From contig CAKKNE010000001.1 in assembly GCA_918797485.1 (NCBI GenBank), forward strand, positions 124,001-188,000: a stretch of DNA of 64,000 bases. Direction: 5' to 3'. The notes beneath the pieces were generated by a model that ran no database searches, was not told where the DNA came from, and saw only the letters and a program-made list of their open reading frames with translations. The position numbers and the translations under genes are program-made. The stretch comes from Pelagomonas calceolata. Lineage: Eukaryota. Of this stretch, positions 1 to 10,430 are shown in pieces; the stretch's first letter is position 1, and each line of letters begins with the position of its first letter.

Positions 1-82
1 AGTCGCTGCGCGCGATGTAGCCCGGGTACCAGGTGCCGTTCACCTCGTAGTCGACCGAATCTCCTACGACCCATTTGACCAT
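1..82 (-). CDS. 5' end of a gene running off the window (MVKWVVGDSVDYEVNGTWYPGYIARSD...), Tudor/Agenet-like N-terminus
   Basis: Manual translation from ATG at 82. W-x-VGD-x-V...G-x-WY-x-G-x-I pattern; divergent from the helicase across a promoter-motif region. Confidence 0.45.
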   Translation of the reverse strand, partial: MVKWVVGDSVDYEVNGTWYPGYIARSD

Positions 83-316
83 GGCTGTGCTTTCTTCAGG
101 CGTAGCACTTGCCTCCGATGATTCGTTCGCCCCGATTTTGCAAATCGGAGCAGGCTGAGAGCAGCCTCTCTGGTGCTCGATTGGTGGGCGTCGGGCAAAT
201 GTGCAGCGCGCGCAGCTAGCTGGGATACGCGTGGGCACAAATAATAGGCTTTTAGCCGCCTGGACGACCGCTGGGCCAGCGATCAGAGCCAAAAAAAAGA
301 GGCGCCGAGGTCGGAA

Positions 317-337
317 CTAGCGAATGTAACACACTAG
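317..337. promoter_or_regulatory. CTAG-dyad intergenic motif
   Basis: CTAGCGAATGTAACACACTAG between divergent genes. Confidence 0.55.
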
Positions 338-530
338 GAAGCTCTCCGACTCTGTGTTCAGTGGGCGATACGCGTGCGTGGACGCCTCTGGCTGCCGCAG
401 AATCGCTTCAGGCTACACCCACGCCGTCACCGAGCGCTGCTCCGGTTTGTGGCAATAACGCGAGCGTGGCTGCTTAGGCTGCACTTGCTACACCCAGCCT
501 CAAACGCCGCCGCAGCGAAGGACGGACAAA

Positions 531-2471
531 ATGGCGCAGCAGTCCTTCGCCGCCCTCCGCCCGACGCTCAGTCAAGCAACGTTAGCCTGTCTACGAGATG
601 ACTTCCACTTTTCAACAATGACGCCGGTCCAGGCCGCCTCATTACCTCTCCTCTTGACGCAGAAGGACGTCGTCGCCGAAGCAGTGACCGGATCGGGCAA
701 GACGATTGCGTTCGCCGTCGCGGCGGTCGAGGCTACTGCGCGTCTGGAGAGAGGACCTATTCGTGTTGTCTGCGTTTCTCCAACAAGGGAGCTCGCGGCT
801 CAAACCTCCCGAGTCTTCGCCACGCTGTGCAAAGCGCATTCACTCAACAGCGAGTTGATCACGGGCGGTTCAACAGTGGAGGCGCCGGAACGATGCGATA
901 TACTAATAGCGACGCCCGGTAGACTTGATGACTTACTGTCAAGAGCAATCCTAGACGTTTCCGGTGTTGAATTACTCATTCTAGATGAGGCTGATGTCTT
1001 GTTAGGCTGGGGTTTGCCTTACAGATCGATCGCATCATGAAACGCTTACCTCGACAAAGAAGGACGTGTCTCTTCTCGGCAACGCAAACGCGAGCAGTCC
1101 GCGACTTGGCGAGGGCGGGATTGAGGAACCCCGCTTCTGTCTCGGTCAAGGTCAACTCTGGATCTGAGACGGGCAAGACGCCCACAGAATTAGTTTCGCA
1201 GCACGTCATTTGTCGCGCCGAGGACAAGCTACGATGTGCCCTGGACTTACTCAAAACAGCGAGGAAGTCGTTAGTGTTCTTCGACTCCTGCGCCGCCGTA
1301 GACTTTTTTGGAAGGGCTCTCAAAGCCGCGAACGTGGGAACGGGCCTCCCTATCATAAACGCGTTGCACGGAAAATGGCGCCAAAAAGAGGAGGGCCGTC
1401 TGGGCCCAGTTCCGCGAATGTACTTCCGAGAGGGTCGCGCTGCTGTGCACGGACGTCGCGGCGCTGGGCCTCGACGTGGGACGACGTCGACCTCGTGATC
1501 CAAGTCGACGCGCCGCAAAAACCCGACACTTTTGTCCATCGCGCGGGGCGGACGGCGCGGGCTGGTCGTAGTGGCAGGGCGGTTTTACTACTAGAGCCCC
1601 ACGAGGACGCGTACCCGGAGTTGTTGAGACTGCGGGGGGCCGCTACTACGTCTGTAGAAGTTGAGGTGACAGGTGCTGATGAGTTGAGAACATCTCTGGA
1701 AGAAGCGTGCATCAAAGATCGAGCCATCCTCGAGAAGGGCACGATCGCCTTCACTAGTCATGTGCGAGCGTACTTGGAGCACCGGCTGCCGTACATCTTT
1801 CGGTGGGAGAAGCTAGACGTCGGTCAGTGAGTCAGCGTCCGTTCTGAACTTTTCAGTTGCGTCGACGGCGCGCCGCGCCGCCTCGACGCCGTCTTCATGA
1901 TCACGCGAGAGCCGTGGCCGTGTCGCGACGCTGTCGTTCACGCACAGGCTCGACGGCGCGGCTCTACGCTCTGCTGAAGCTGCCGGACATGCCGGAATTG
2001 CGGAAACGAGCCAAGGCTGCTGGGAAGAGGGGCAAGGACTGGATGACGGCCTTTGCCTTTGAGCGGCGCGACGTCAAGACCGGTACCATAAAATATGCTG
2101 ATCAAAAACGGGAAGCGGCGCGCCTGAAAAGGGTGGCGGCCGAGAAAGTTGTTAGGGAGGAGAAGAAGCTCGCTGCGTCGGCGGCGCCTCCTCCGGTACG
2201 TAAGAGGAAAGACGAGCCGCGGAAAAGAAAAGGGCAGCACGACCAGATCCTCGAGGACTGGAGTGAATTTGCGGAAGATGAACGGCGGCACAAGAAAGCG
2301 CGCAAGAAGAAAATTGAGGAGGACGATCCCGATCTGTTGGCGCTGGAGGCGCTGGACAATCCGTCGAAGAAGGCGGCGGCGTCGCACCAGTCCGTCAAAA
2401 ATTTACGGGGCCAGAAGAAGACTGCCAAGAAGAAATCGGCCGTTTGCGCTTCGGGGAAGAAGAAACGGTAA
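531..2471 (+). CDS. DDX55: DEAD-box RNA helicase, Spb4/DDX55 type (60S biogenesis); intron 1823-1947; frameshifts near 1007 and 1390-1470
   Basis: Q motif (MTPVQ), AVTGSGKT, SPTRELA, TPGRL, LDEAD, FSAT, HRAGRTAR, and the Spb4-type C-terminal segment HVRAYLEHRLPYIFRWEKLD...LLKLPDMPEL joined by splicing. Confidence 0.88.
1823..1947 (+). mobile_element. GT-AG intron, diverged relative of introner-like family A
   Basis: Removal restores WEKLDV-G-STARLYALLKLP. Shares GCGCCGCCTCGACGCCGTC and a GAGCCG...GTCGTTC.CGCACAG 3' end with introns 33788-33921 and 41798-41940. Confidence 0.7.
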
Positions 2472-2799
2472 GCCCCTGCCGCGCGCCGTCAATCGCCCCG
2501 CCACGAAGCCCGTCGCCACGCCGCCGGCGAAGACGATCCGCACTGGAGCAAGCGCCTTGGTAAGTGTGTTGTGTTATGAGCGGGTCTCCCGGGGCGGGTC
2601 GCGGGGCCGGAGTAGTCGACACGGGTTTTCCAGCCACATTCGTAGCTTTCCCCGACGCTCCGCGTTTTTCCTCCTTAGTAAATTTGTTCTACGGGAGTCC
2701 GTGATCTAGCACGACACGGCCTGCTCCTGTGCACCGGCTTTCCACGAACTGGGAGACGAGGTTTACTGAAATCCCAAGGTGCCAGGCTCAGCCAGCGCT

Positions 2800-3273
2800 A
2801 TGCACGTCCTCGCGGCGGCTCTCGCGGCGGCCCTCGCACTGCGCGGCGGCGTCTCGGCGCAGCCGGTCCGGAACTCGACGCTCAGCCCGTCGCTCAGCCC
2901 GACTGTCGCGCAGACGTTCGCGCCGACGCTGACAATGGCTCCGTCAATCACACCGACGGGCACACCAGTTTGCGAGCCGCAGTGTGAGTACGACTATCAT
3001 CTCACGTCGGAGCGCATGAACAAGAAGATCCTGGCCCGAGTCTACAACTTCTGCTGGATCCTCGGTGGCATGGTGGTGTTCTCGCTGGGCCTGTCGTTCC
3101 TCGGGCACTACATCCGCCACGACCGGAGCCACAAGATGCGTGTGTACTACAAGAAAAACGGAGAGGACTTCGAGGAGGACGACGATCTCGACAAACTAAT
3201 CAGCGAAGGCTTAGTCGAGGAGCTGTCGACGAAACGGCTAGGGACTTTGGCCACGACGGCCGGCTCCGCATAG
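2800..3273 (+). CDS. Small single-pass membrane protein with signal peptide and S/T/P-rich ectodomain
   Basis: ORF with N-terminal hydrophobic leader, SPSLSPT/APT repeats and one TM segment (FCWILGGMVVFSLGLSFLG). Confidence 0.65.
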   Translation: MHVLAAALAAALALRGGVSAQPVRNSTLSPSLSPTVAQTFAPTLTMAPSITPTGTPVCEPQCEYDYHLTSERMNKKILARVYNFCWILGGMVVFSLGLSFLGHYIRHDRSHKMRVYYKKNGEDFEEDDDLDKLISEGLVEELSTKRLGTLATTAGSA

Positions 3274-4070
3274 ATCGCGGCCACTTCGTCGTCAATCGCG
3301 TCCAAATGGTCCATCCTTAATTTCAGGCCCTCCTTCAACCCGTTCTCGACCAACTCAGCTAATAGGTCCGGCGTCTCCTCGTGTAGAGCTGGTTTGAGGC
3401 GCACATGTCCAGCAACGTCGAACTCGGGCTGCGGCTCGTCCCGCTCCAAAACATGAGCTCGAGCCTCGTCGGGGCCGTAGAAGCGCGGTGTGAGGTCGAA
3501 GGACTCCTTTCGCTCTCCTAATACTTCTGCTAATCTAACATTTCCGGCGTACAACGGCTCGTCCTCGTCGATGGGCCGGTGGTCTTCACCGGGCAACCTT
3601 ACCGCTTCGCACTCGCCGTCGTGGGGCTCGTGGTTGCCCTGAAATTCTAGGTGGAATTTGTTCTCGCCCGTGGACGTCGTCTCGGGGCCGTCCGGTCTCA
3701 CACCACTTCTACCTTCGTCGAAGGGCGTGAAGTAGGTCGCCGCGTCCTCGTCGTGTTCTTCGGGCCACAATCTTCTATTCTCTTCGGCCGGGCGCTGCCG
3801 TTCGGGCGCTGAAAACGCTGAACCGAACAGATAGCCGCTCAGTGATTCGGTCCTACCCAGCCGCGCCGCCCGCGCGTCGGCGTGGGACCAGGCTTCGCCG
3901 TCGATGGGCGCGTGCTTCGTCTTCGGCCGTCGCGTTGTGCGCCGCCGGCCGTGGCTCCCGGACGTGGCGCTCGGCTTGTCGTGCGCGCCGTCGACGTGCT
4001 GCTTGCGCGACCAGTTGGGGGCGTGGTGGGCCTCCATGGTGTTGACGTGCCGCGCCGCGGTCTCAGCCAT
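3147..4070 (-). CDS. Hypothetical protein; its 3' end overlaps the convergent gene
   Basis: 307-aa ORF with coding-like composition and a promoter dyad upstream at 4344. Confidence 0.55.
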   Translation of the reverse strand: MAETAARHVNTMEAHHAPNWSRKQHVDGAHDKPSATSGSHGRRRTTRRPKTKHAPIDGEAWSHADARAARLGRTESLSGYLFGSAFSAPERQRPAEENRRLWPEEHDEDAATYFTPFDEGRSGVRPDGPETTSTGENKFHLEFQGNHEPHDGECEAVRLPGEDHRPIDEDEPLYAGNVRLAEVLGERKESFDLTPRFYGPDEARAHVLERDEPQPEFDVAGHVRLKPALHEETPDLLAELVENGLKEGLKLRMDHLDAIDDEVAAIYAEPAVVAKVPSRFVDSSSTKPSLISLSRSSSSSKSSPFFL

Positions 4071-4343
4071 CGTGGTTTTGGTGTGAATGCTCTCTGGTCG
4101 AGTTTTCTCGCCTCCTCGCGCCCGGCGGCCCGCGGTTTCGCGCGAGGACTAACGCCTACCTATCAGCGCTTGACGCGAGAGGCGTGAGACGTCCCTCACG
4201 CACGTCCCGAGGGCAGGCGAGGCTGCCAATCACGAGGCTGTGGATTATGCTTGGCAATGAGTCCAGCGCCATCAATCCAAAGGCCCCTCCAGATCAGTCG
4301 CACGACTCCGAGGCCCCTTTTATCAATCTGAGCGCGAGGTTTT

Positions 4344-4368
4344 GCTAGTGTGTTTATACGCCGCTAGC
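4344..4368. promoter_or_regulatory. CTAG-dyad intergenic motif
   Basis: GCTAGTGTGTTTATACGCCGCTAGC between divergent genes. Confidence 0.6.
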
Positions 4369-4563
4369 TAACGCATACGTCGCGGTGCAAGCCAGCGTAG
4401 CGGCCGCCCGACCCAATTGAGCTGTTGCACGCCTTGTACACATCCCCTTTGATCGCACCTTTGCTGCGCGTGCCGAACTGTGGTCCCTGAAGTAGCAGGG
4501 AGGGGAGAGCCTCGCGTGACAGCCACTGGCTCTGGCTCACGTCGAGGGCCGCCCGCGCCCCTC

Positions 4564-5472
4564 ATGTTGCTCCGCGCCGCGGCCAGGCGCGCGCCCCGGA
4601 GGACGCAGCAGCGCACCTTCGTCGTCGCCGCGCGAAAGCAACCGCAGCAAGCTAGAGCGTACTCCTCGCCGAAGCCCCCGCATTTGACCAGTAAAACATT
4701 ACCGAGAGGCAGGATCGGCTTCGTCAATGGCATCCGGCAGCTCCAGAAGAGCCTCTTGAACGGTTTTGACCAGAGACCGACGCTCTCCGAACTCCTGCCG
4801 CCGGACGCCTCAATCACGGACGTCGACAAAGAGCACATAAAAAACTTGCCGCGCTTCGACGCCGCCGAGGACGCGGAGGTTCTACTTTGTGCTTCCGAGA
4901 CGGGCTTCGACCTCGGCGTCAAAAGATTACGGAAAGCGTTACAAAGTGGCGACTCGTCCCTCACGCTCCACGGCAAGGAGCTCCACTGCCTCGGCTTCGA
5001 CACGGAGCGGACGCCGACCTTCCGACTAGGCCAGCCCGAGCAGCCCGTGGCCTGCCTGCAGCTGGCCAGTCACGACCTCGTCGTGCTGTTTCTGCTGAAG
5101 AACATGAGGCATATACCGGCTTCTTTACAGGACCTGTTGGAGGACCCGGGCGTGCTGAAAGTAGGCGTGGCGTTATCCGAGGACACGAATGCGTTATCGA
5201 GGCACGCGCCCGGCTTGACTGTTCGTGGGCTTGTTGATCTGGCTCCTTTAGCAGAAGCGAGGTTTCCCTCGCTGACACGACGAGGCCTGCGGGGCTTAGT
5301 GGCCTCACTCGGTGGTCGACGACTATCAAAACACCAGTCGACGGCTTCCTGGGGCCAGCGGACGTACACGCCGGCGATGATCCGGTACGCGGCGAACGAC
5401 GCGCTTGCCGGGTTGTTTTGTTTCGGGCGGATCCTGGGCCACGACCGGGAAGACGAGCGGAAGGTCGCGTAA
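4564..5472 (+). CDS. DEDDy 3'-5' exonuclease (WRN-exo/EXD2-like), probable mitochondrial presequence
   Basis: ExoI LGFDTE, LQLAS, LKVGV, DL, GLRGLV and ExoIII W...YAANDA; Arg/Ala-rich N-terminus MLLRAAARRAPRR. Confidence 0.85.
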   Translation: MLLRAAARRAPRRTQQRTFVVAARKQPQQARAYSSPKPPHLTSKTLPRGRIGFVNGIRQLQKSLLNGFDQRPTLSELLPPDASITDVDKEHIKNLPRFDAAEDAEVLLCASETGFDLGVKRLRKALQSGDSSLTLHGKELHCLGFDTERTPTFRLGQPEQPVACLQLASHDLVVLFLLKNMRHIPASLQDLLEDPGVLKVGVALSEDTNALSRHAPGLTVRGLVDLAPLAEARFPSLTRRGLRGLVASLGGRRLSKHQSTASWGQRTYTPAMIRYAANDALAGLFCFGRILGHDREDERKVA

Positions 5473-5649
5473 GAGTTTGTAGTTACATTGGAGCCCCTAG
5501 TGGCGCCGCGACGGCGTCCCGCGTCGATGTCGTCCAGCGGACGCCACCCCGACGCCATCGCCGCGGCATCGTGGACGCGTCTCGGGGCCTCTCGACGTGA
5601 CGTGCATTCCCTCTCGAGATCGATGACCTACTTAGCAGCGGGGAGCGGC

Positions 5650-6216
5650 CTAGCAAACAACGCAGCACGCCTTCTTCGCCGGCGCGGGCTGCGGCTCCTC
5701 AGTTTTGACCTCCACCGCGGGCTCGGGCGCCGGCGCCTCGACCTTAATCTCGACGACCTCGTCCGCCGCCGGCTGAACGGGCGTCGGCGTCGGCGCGTCT
5801 TGCGACGTCGGCGAGCCGCCAAAGGAGAAGACGCTCAGGAACGACATCTTCGACGCCTCGGTCTCGCGCGGCTCCTTCGGCGTGTCGGGCGGCTCCGACA
5901 CGTGGCGCGCGGCGACGGGCTTGTTGTCCGGCGACGCGAGCGACATGTCGTCGTTGGCCGGCGTCGCCATGGACATGGCGCTGTCCCGCCGCTTCTCGGC
6001 GGGTGTTTCTTCTTTCACGGGACTGAAGAGGTTCCAGATCGACTGGCCGCCGACGGGCGTCGGCCGCTGGGGCTCGTTTACGCCGTCGTCGTCCACGTCC
6101 ACGTCCTCGCCGCGCTCGGCGAAGCTCGGTAAGACCACGTTCGTCGGCGTCGGGAAGGGCGTCGGGCTCGGCAGGTTCGGCGGCGGCGTCGTGGGTTCGC
6201 CTACCTTGATCTCCAT
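5650..6216 (-). CDS. Pro/Glu-rich low-complexity protein ending KKACCVVC (CaaX-like lipidation signal); start uncertain
   Basis: ORF translation and C-terminal basic+CC+aaX motif. Confidence 0.6.
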   Translation of the reverse strand: MEIKVGEPTTPPPNLPSPTPFPTPTNVVLPSFAERGEDVDVDDDGVNEPQRPTPVGGQSIWNLFSPVKEETPAEKRRDSAMSMATPANDDMSLASPDNKPVAARHVSEPPDTPKEPRETEASKMSFLSVFSFGGSPTSQDAPTPTPVQPAADEVVEIKVEAPAPEPAVEVKTEEPQPAPAKKACCVVC

Positions 6217-6966
6217 CGTCGGCGGTGGCGTTTGGCTGTCCTTGACCGCGGCGGCGTCGGGTTTGTGATATTTATCCGGCGCGAGGTAGGCGTCGATGCC
6301 GCGTCGTTTCCGTCTCGGGCGGCCGCGTAGCGCCGTCTTGGATGAGTCTTCCGGGGCTCTTGCGGGCCTTATGTGTCTCGCGCCGCGGGTCTAGCGCGGC
6401 CTCGCGTCCGCGGAGGCTGGATCTCAACCTTGCTGGTTTTTTATTACCAGGGCGACCTCAGGCCGAGATCTCTTGCTGGCGGATTTGGCGCGTTCACAGA
6501 GCGGTTCGATCGCAGGCGTGTGGACCCGCGCGCGGCGACAGGAAGCCTAGGCAAAATCCAGTGAAAACCCGCTCGATGAGCTACACCCGAATTTACCCAC
6601 GCACGCCTCTCACGCTGGAACCGAAGCATAGAAGCCGCTGTGTGAACCAATGGCCGGACTACGGGGGCGTGCGACCGCCGCCGGCCAACGGCGGCCGCGA
6701 CGCTCCGCGAAACCCACTACGACGCCATGGCTGCTTGCTACGTCGTTAAGAATACGTACACGGGCCTTCCTCCAAGATGGCTGCGTGCATGGGTTTGTCG
6801 AAAAAAAAGCGCAGCAGGCGCTCGGAGCCTGCCGCACATGGCCAGGCTCCTGTCGGACGCGAAATAAATAAGTATAGATCACGCGACCTATCGACACCCG
6901 CCGCCATTTATATAAATGTTCGTCCTCCGGCGCGTTCAGCCCGAGCGGTTACGCCTATCCCGAGCT

Positions 6967-7233
6967 ATGAGCCATACAAAACAAAAACCGCTCCTTATGG
7001 ACAAAATAGTGGGGTATTTCATTGGATTTTCATGTCTGCTGCTCGCGGTAGACGTCGCGCACAACAGCTACCCCGCTGCGCTGCTTTGTGTGTCATCTGC
7101 GATCGTCGCCGCGATGGCGGTGCCGGTCTCGCGACGCCGCCGACCTCGACGCCGGTCAACCGTAACGTGGCCCAGACCGACGAATGAGGCGAACAACGCC
7201 GTTGAGCAACAGAATTTCTACGCCGGCGGCTGA
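6967..7233 (+). CDS. Small 2-TM protein ending ...NFYAGG
   Basis: 88-aa ORF with two hydrophobic segments and an Arg-rich patch; TATA-like TATATAAA at ~6909. Confidence 0.45.
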   Translation: MSHTKQKPLLMDKIVGYFIGFSCLLLAVDVAHNSYPAALLCVSSAIVAAMAVPVSRRRRPRRRSTVTWPRPTNEANNAVEQQNFYAGG

Positions 7234-7544
7234 AGAAGGCGCTCGTCGCGCGCGGTCGCATCACCGCACGCCTCTGAGCGACCCCGCATCATCATGCGCG
7301 TCATCAAGCCTGACGCGGCGCGAACCGATTGACGGGACACGTCCGCGGCGGCCTCTCACGTTGGGACGAGCTACAAAAAACACTGACATGCCTCTTTTTT
7401 GCAGTGCCGAATAACTGCTGTCCAGGAGCGCTGCTCTTGTGCAGAGCATACGAACAGTGCCCAACGAACGTACTTACGCCAGTTCCTCCAGCTTCGAGAC
7501 ATTCCTCGTACACACTGCACGCTGCAACACGCTGCACACCCATC

Positions 7545-7874
7545 ATGACGATGAATCGCCTGCGCACGGTGCCCCCGCGGCGCGTTGAAAGTGTCAGCAG
7601 CAGTGCGCCGGAGCGCGGCTGGACCCCTCGGCGCGTTATGCTTGCAGTAAGGTTTGCGCTTGCCGTGCTCGTGTGGGCAGCACCTTCGCCGACGACTGGG
7701 ACACTATTCCTGCTATTCTCGCTCGGCTGTGTCATGGCCAAGGAGTTACCGGCGTCGGCGCGACGATTGAGACGGCCGCGGCGCCAGGAATCGGTGCCCC
7801 CCATCCCGACGGCGGCCGTCGACGCGTATTTCACAATAACGGAGCGCGGGGCCCCGTGCTTCGCCGGCGGCTAG
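7545..7874 (+). CDS. Small 2-TM protein ending ...PCFAGG, possible paralog of 6967-7233
   Basis: 109-aa ORF with the same layout (2 TM, SARRLRRPRR, FAGG-stop). Confidence 0.45.
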   Translation: MTMNRLRTVPPRRVESVSSSAPERGWTPRRVMLAVRFALAVLVWAAPSPTTGTLFLLFSLGCVMAKELPASARRLRRPRRQESVPPIPTAAVDAYFTITERGAPCFAGG

Positions 7875-7977
7875 CCCGAAAGCCGAGTCGCGGCGACGGC
7901 GCCAGCGCGGCGACGGCGTGCGGGCGGCGACCAGGCGCCGACGCCCGTCGCCGCGGCGATGTGTACAGTGTATTGTG

Positions 7978-10347
7978 TCAATAACTAAACTTGAAGATTA
8001 CTAAACGGCCCCCGAACCTTGCACCGAGAGCTGCGCGCGCCGCCCCCGCCAGTACGCCGCCGCCGTCGCGCGCATCGGTTGGGCACGTCTCTTGTGCTGG
8101 CATCTTCGCGGCCAGAGCCTGTCCAACCTCCGACGCGTCCACGTGACCCACGAGCCGCCCACCACCAGAGACAACAAAGACCCGGTCCTTGTGGTGCAAG
8201 TCGAACAGGAAGCACAAATGCGACAGCGTCGCCGACGGCGCGCACCGCGGCCAGGCATCATCAATAGCAGCGGTAAAGTCACCTTCCATCGCACTCGCTA
8301 GATCGGCGACGCGCATGACGCCGACGAAGACCCCGTTCCGGACCACGGGAATCACGACGTGCGTCGCGCTGTTCAGCGTGTCCTGGACGTTTGCCGGCGG
8401 GTGGTCGTCCACGAGAGCCAAACAAGGCTCCTCGTAGGCCTTTGTGCACTCGACCACATCGCTTACTGTCTTCGAGAAGTTTGCCGCGGCATGGATCGCC
8501 GGCCAGTGGGGCAGGGCTTTGAGTCGGGCGATCATGGCGTAGATGTCAATTTCTACTAACTGACCGGCGCCCAACCCGACGACGCACGCGAACAGCACGG
8601 GTATCGAGTAGGACAACTGGCCCGTGAGCTCCGAGATGACGACGCCGATGGACAGCTTGCCCGTGACAGAAACGCTGAACGCGGCGGCGCCGACGATGGC
8701 GTAGCCGCCGGCGGGGGACAACGGACATTCTCCCGTGACGGACGTCGTTAATGTCCTCAAGGCTTCGCCCACCAATCTTCCGATCCCGGCGCCGATCGCG
8801 AACGACGGCGTCACGAGGCCGTTCGACACGGGAAGGCCAATACACAGCGTCGAGAAGAAGAACGTGAAGACAATGAACAGACATAGAGAAGCCCCAACAC
8901 CACCGTCGCGCTCGTCCCACCTCGACCGCTGGTGCAGTTTCGGGTTCGCGTCCTCGCGCAGCGGAAATTCCGAGAAGAGGTCGTCCATGACCTCGCGCGT
9001 CCCCAGCAGCGCGAAGTCGCCGATCCAGCACGCGAAGAGGCCACTGGTCAGAGCCACCAGCGCCGAGAAGCCGAGGTTCGTGCCTAGAACTATTTTCGGG
9101 ATCGCGGATAAACCCTTCATCTTCAGAGCGGCACACCGCCGCCGCAGCCCCACGAAAGCTGTAAATAATGTCACGAAGAAGCCTCCCAGGATGCCACACA
9201 CCGCTGATAACAGTAGGAAGATCCAGACCTCCCAGTGCTTATAGGACACCGTATCAAAGTGCGGCGAGAACGCCCCGTAGGACTTGAACGCCAACTCCCG
9301 CGACGTGAACGCCCCGACCGTCGCGCATAGGAACGCGCCCCAGTAATGAGAAGTAGCGTAATAGTTCGCCGTCGCCTCGATAGAAAACAAAATGCCGCCG
9401 ATGGGCGCGCCAAACGCAGCAGAGACACCAACAGCGGCCGCCGCGGACAGCATCTGGTTCCTGAACAATTCGTTGGTGTGCCTCGCGAAGAAGGGCACGC
9501 GCATCAGTAATTCGGCTAAAATAGCTGCGGTATGGATGAAAGGCCCCTCCTTGCCGATGGGTAGGCCCGCGCCCAATAAAAGCACAACGCCAAGCACTTT
9601 GGCCACTAACGTCCTCGGTTCCAAGAAGCCCGGTATCGAGAACCCTGCGAGGATCGACTTGACTTCCGGAATGCCACTTCCCGCGGCAATTGGGGCGATT
9701 CTTTTCGTGAGCTCGACGGCGATTAACGTGATACATACTCGCAGGAAAATGTATAGAATAACACCGTAGTCCTTCTGGGACCCTCCTGTTCTTAACACAC
9801 CATTGACCAGTCCTTTCCTCAGGTTCGCGGCCGTTTCGTCCATGACGAAAGCTGAAATGGATGTGATTACGGCGAGTACGACGAGAAACAACCAAAAATA
9901 ATTGTGCGCCCACGCCGAGGCGATTCTACGTTTTATTGCAGGTAAGCGCGGCTTCCGTGTCGTCGACCAGGGCTCCGCGGACCGCGACTTTTTCAGTTTA
10001 AAACGCCTTCGGAAGCCGCCGTAGACGTCGCCCTCGTCCTGATCCACGGTCATCTCGGGGGCTGCTTGCGGAGAGGCCAGGCTCGGGCTAGTTCCGTTTT
10101 CTGGAGGCGGCGCGTCGATGGCCATAGATTGACGATCCGTTCTCCGAGGCGACGGCTGCCGCGGCGGCGGCGGCAACGGCTGCGTCGGCGGCGCGGCGGT
10201 CGTGGTTGGCGCCGCCTCGAGGTCGACGGTCGCCATTTCCGGCTGGCTGGTGCTACTCTCTGGCATGGCCACTGGGGAGGGTGGAGGGCTGCCCTCGGTA
10301 TCACTCGTGCTGCGCCGCGGCGGTGCTTGGGGTGAGTCGTCGCTCAT
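7978..10347 (-). CDS. CLC-family chloride channel/transporter with degenerate C-terminal CBS domains
   Basis: GSGIPE, GKEGP, AFGAPIGGILFSIE, GLVTPSFAIGAGIGR, and YAIVGAAAF motifs. Confidence 0.93.
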   Translation of the reverse strand: MSDDSPQAPPRRSTSDTEGSPPPSPVAMPESSTSQPEMATVDLEAAPTTTAAPPTQPLPPPPRQPSPRRTDRQSMAIDAPPPENGTSPSLASPQAAPEMTVDQDEGDVYGGFRRRFKLKKSRSAEPWSTTRKPRLPAIKRRIASAWAHNYFWLFLVVLAVITSISAFVMDETAANLRKGLVNGVLRTGGSQKDYGVILYIFLRVCITLIAVELTKRIAPIAAGSGIPEVKSILAGFSIPGFLEPRTLVAKVLGVVLLLGAGLPIGKEGPFIHTAAILAELLMRVPFFARHTNELFRNQMLSAAAAVGVSAAFGAPIGGILFSIEATANYYATSHYWGAFLCATVGAFTSRELAFKSYGAFSPHFDTVSYKHWEVWIFLLLSAVCGILGGFFVTLFTAFVGLRRRCAALKMKGLSAIPKIVLGTNLGFSALVALTSGLFACWIGDFALLGTREVMDDLFSEFPLREDANPKLHQRSRWDERDGGVGASLCLFIVFTFFFSTLCIGLPVSNGLVTPSFAIGAGIGRLVGEALRTLTTSVTGECPLSPAGGYAIVGAAAFSVSVTGKLSIGVVISELTGQLSYSIPVLFACVVGLGAGQLVEIDIYAMIARLKALPHWPAIHAAANFSKTVSDVVECTKAYEEPCLALVDDHPPANVQDTLNSATHVVIPVVRNGVFVGVMRVADLASAMEGDFTAAIDDAWPRCAPSATLSHLCFLFDLHHKDRVFVVSGGGRLVGHVDASEVGQALAAKMPAQETCPTDARDGGGVLAGAARAALGARFGGRLVIFKFSY

Positions 10348-10407
10348 CTTGATTGCTATTTCTGGCTGCACCGGCGGCTGATTCCCGCACGTGACCCTTC
10401 GCATTTT

Positions 10408-10430
10408 CTAGTGTCTTACCGGCCGCTAGC
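10408..10430. promoter_or_regulatory. CTAG-dyad intergenic motif
   Basis: CTAGTGTCTTACCGGCCGCTAGC between divergent genes. Confidence 0.65.

Noticed and set aside
1828..1830. TGA ending the 1210-1830 ORF (and TGA at 35020-35022) as further selenocysteine codons
   Set aside because: Both fall inside introns whose removal restores the conserved protein; they do not align to a redox Cys.
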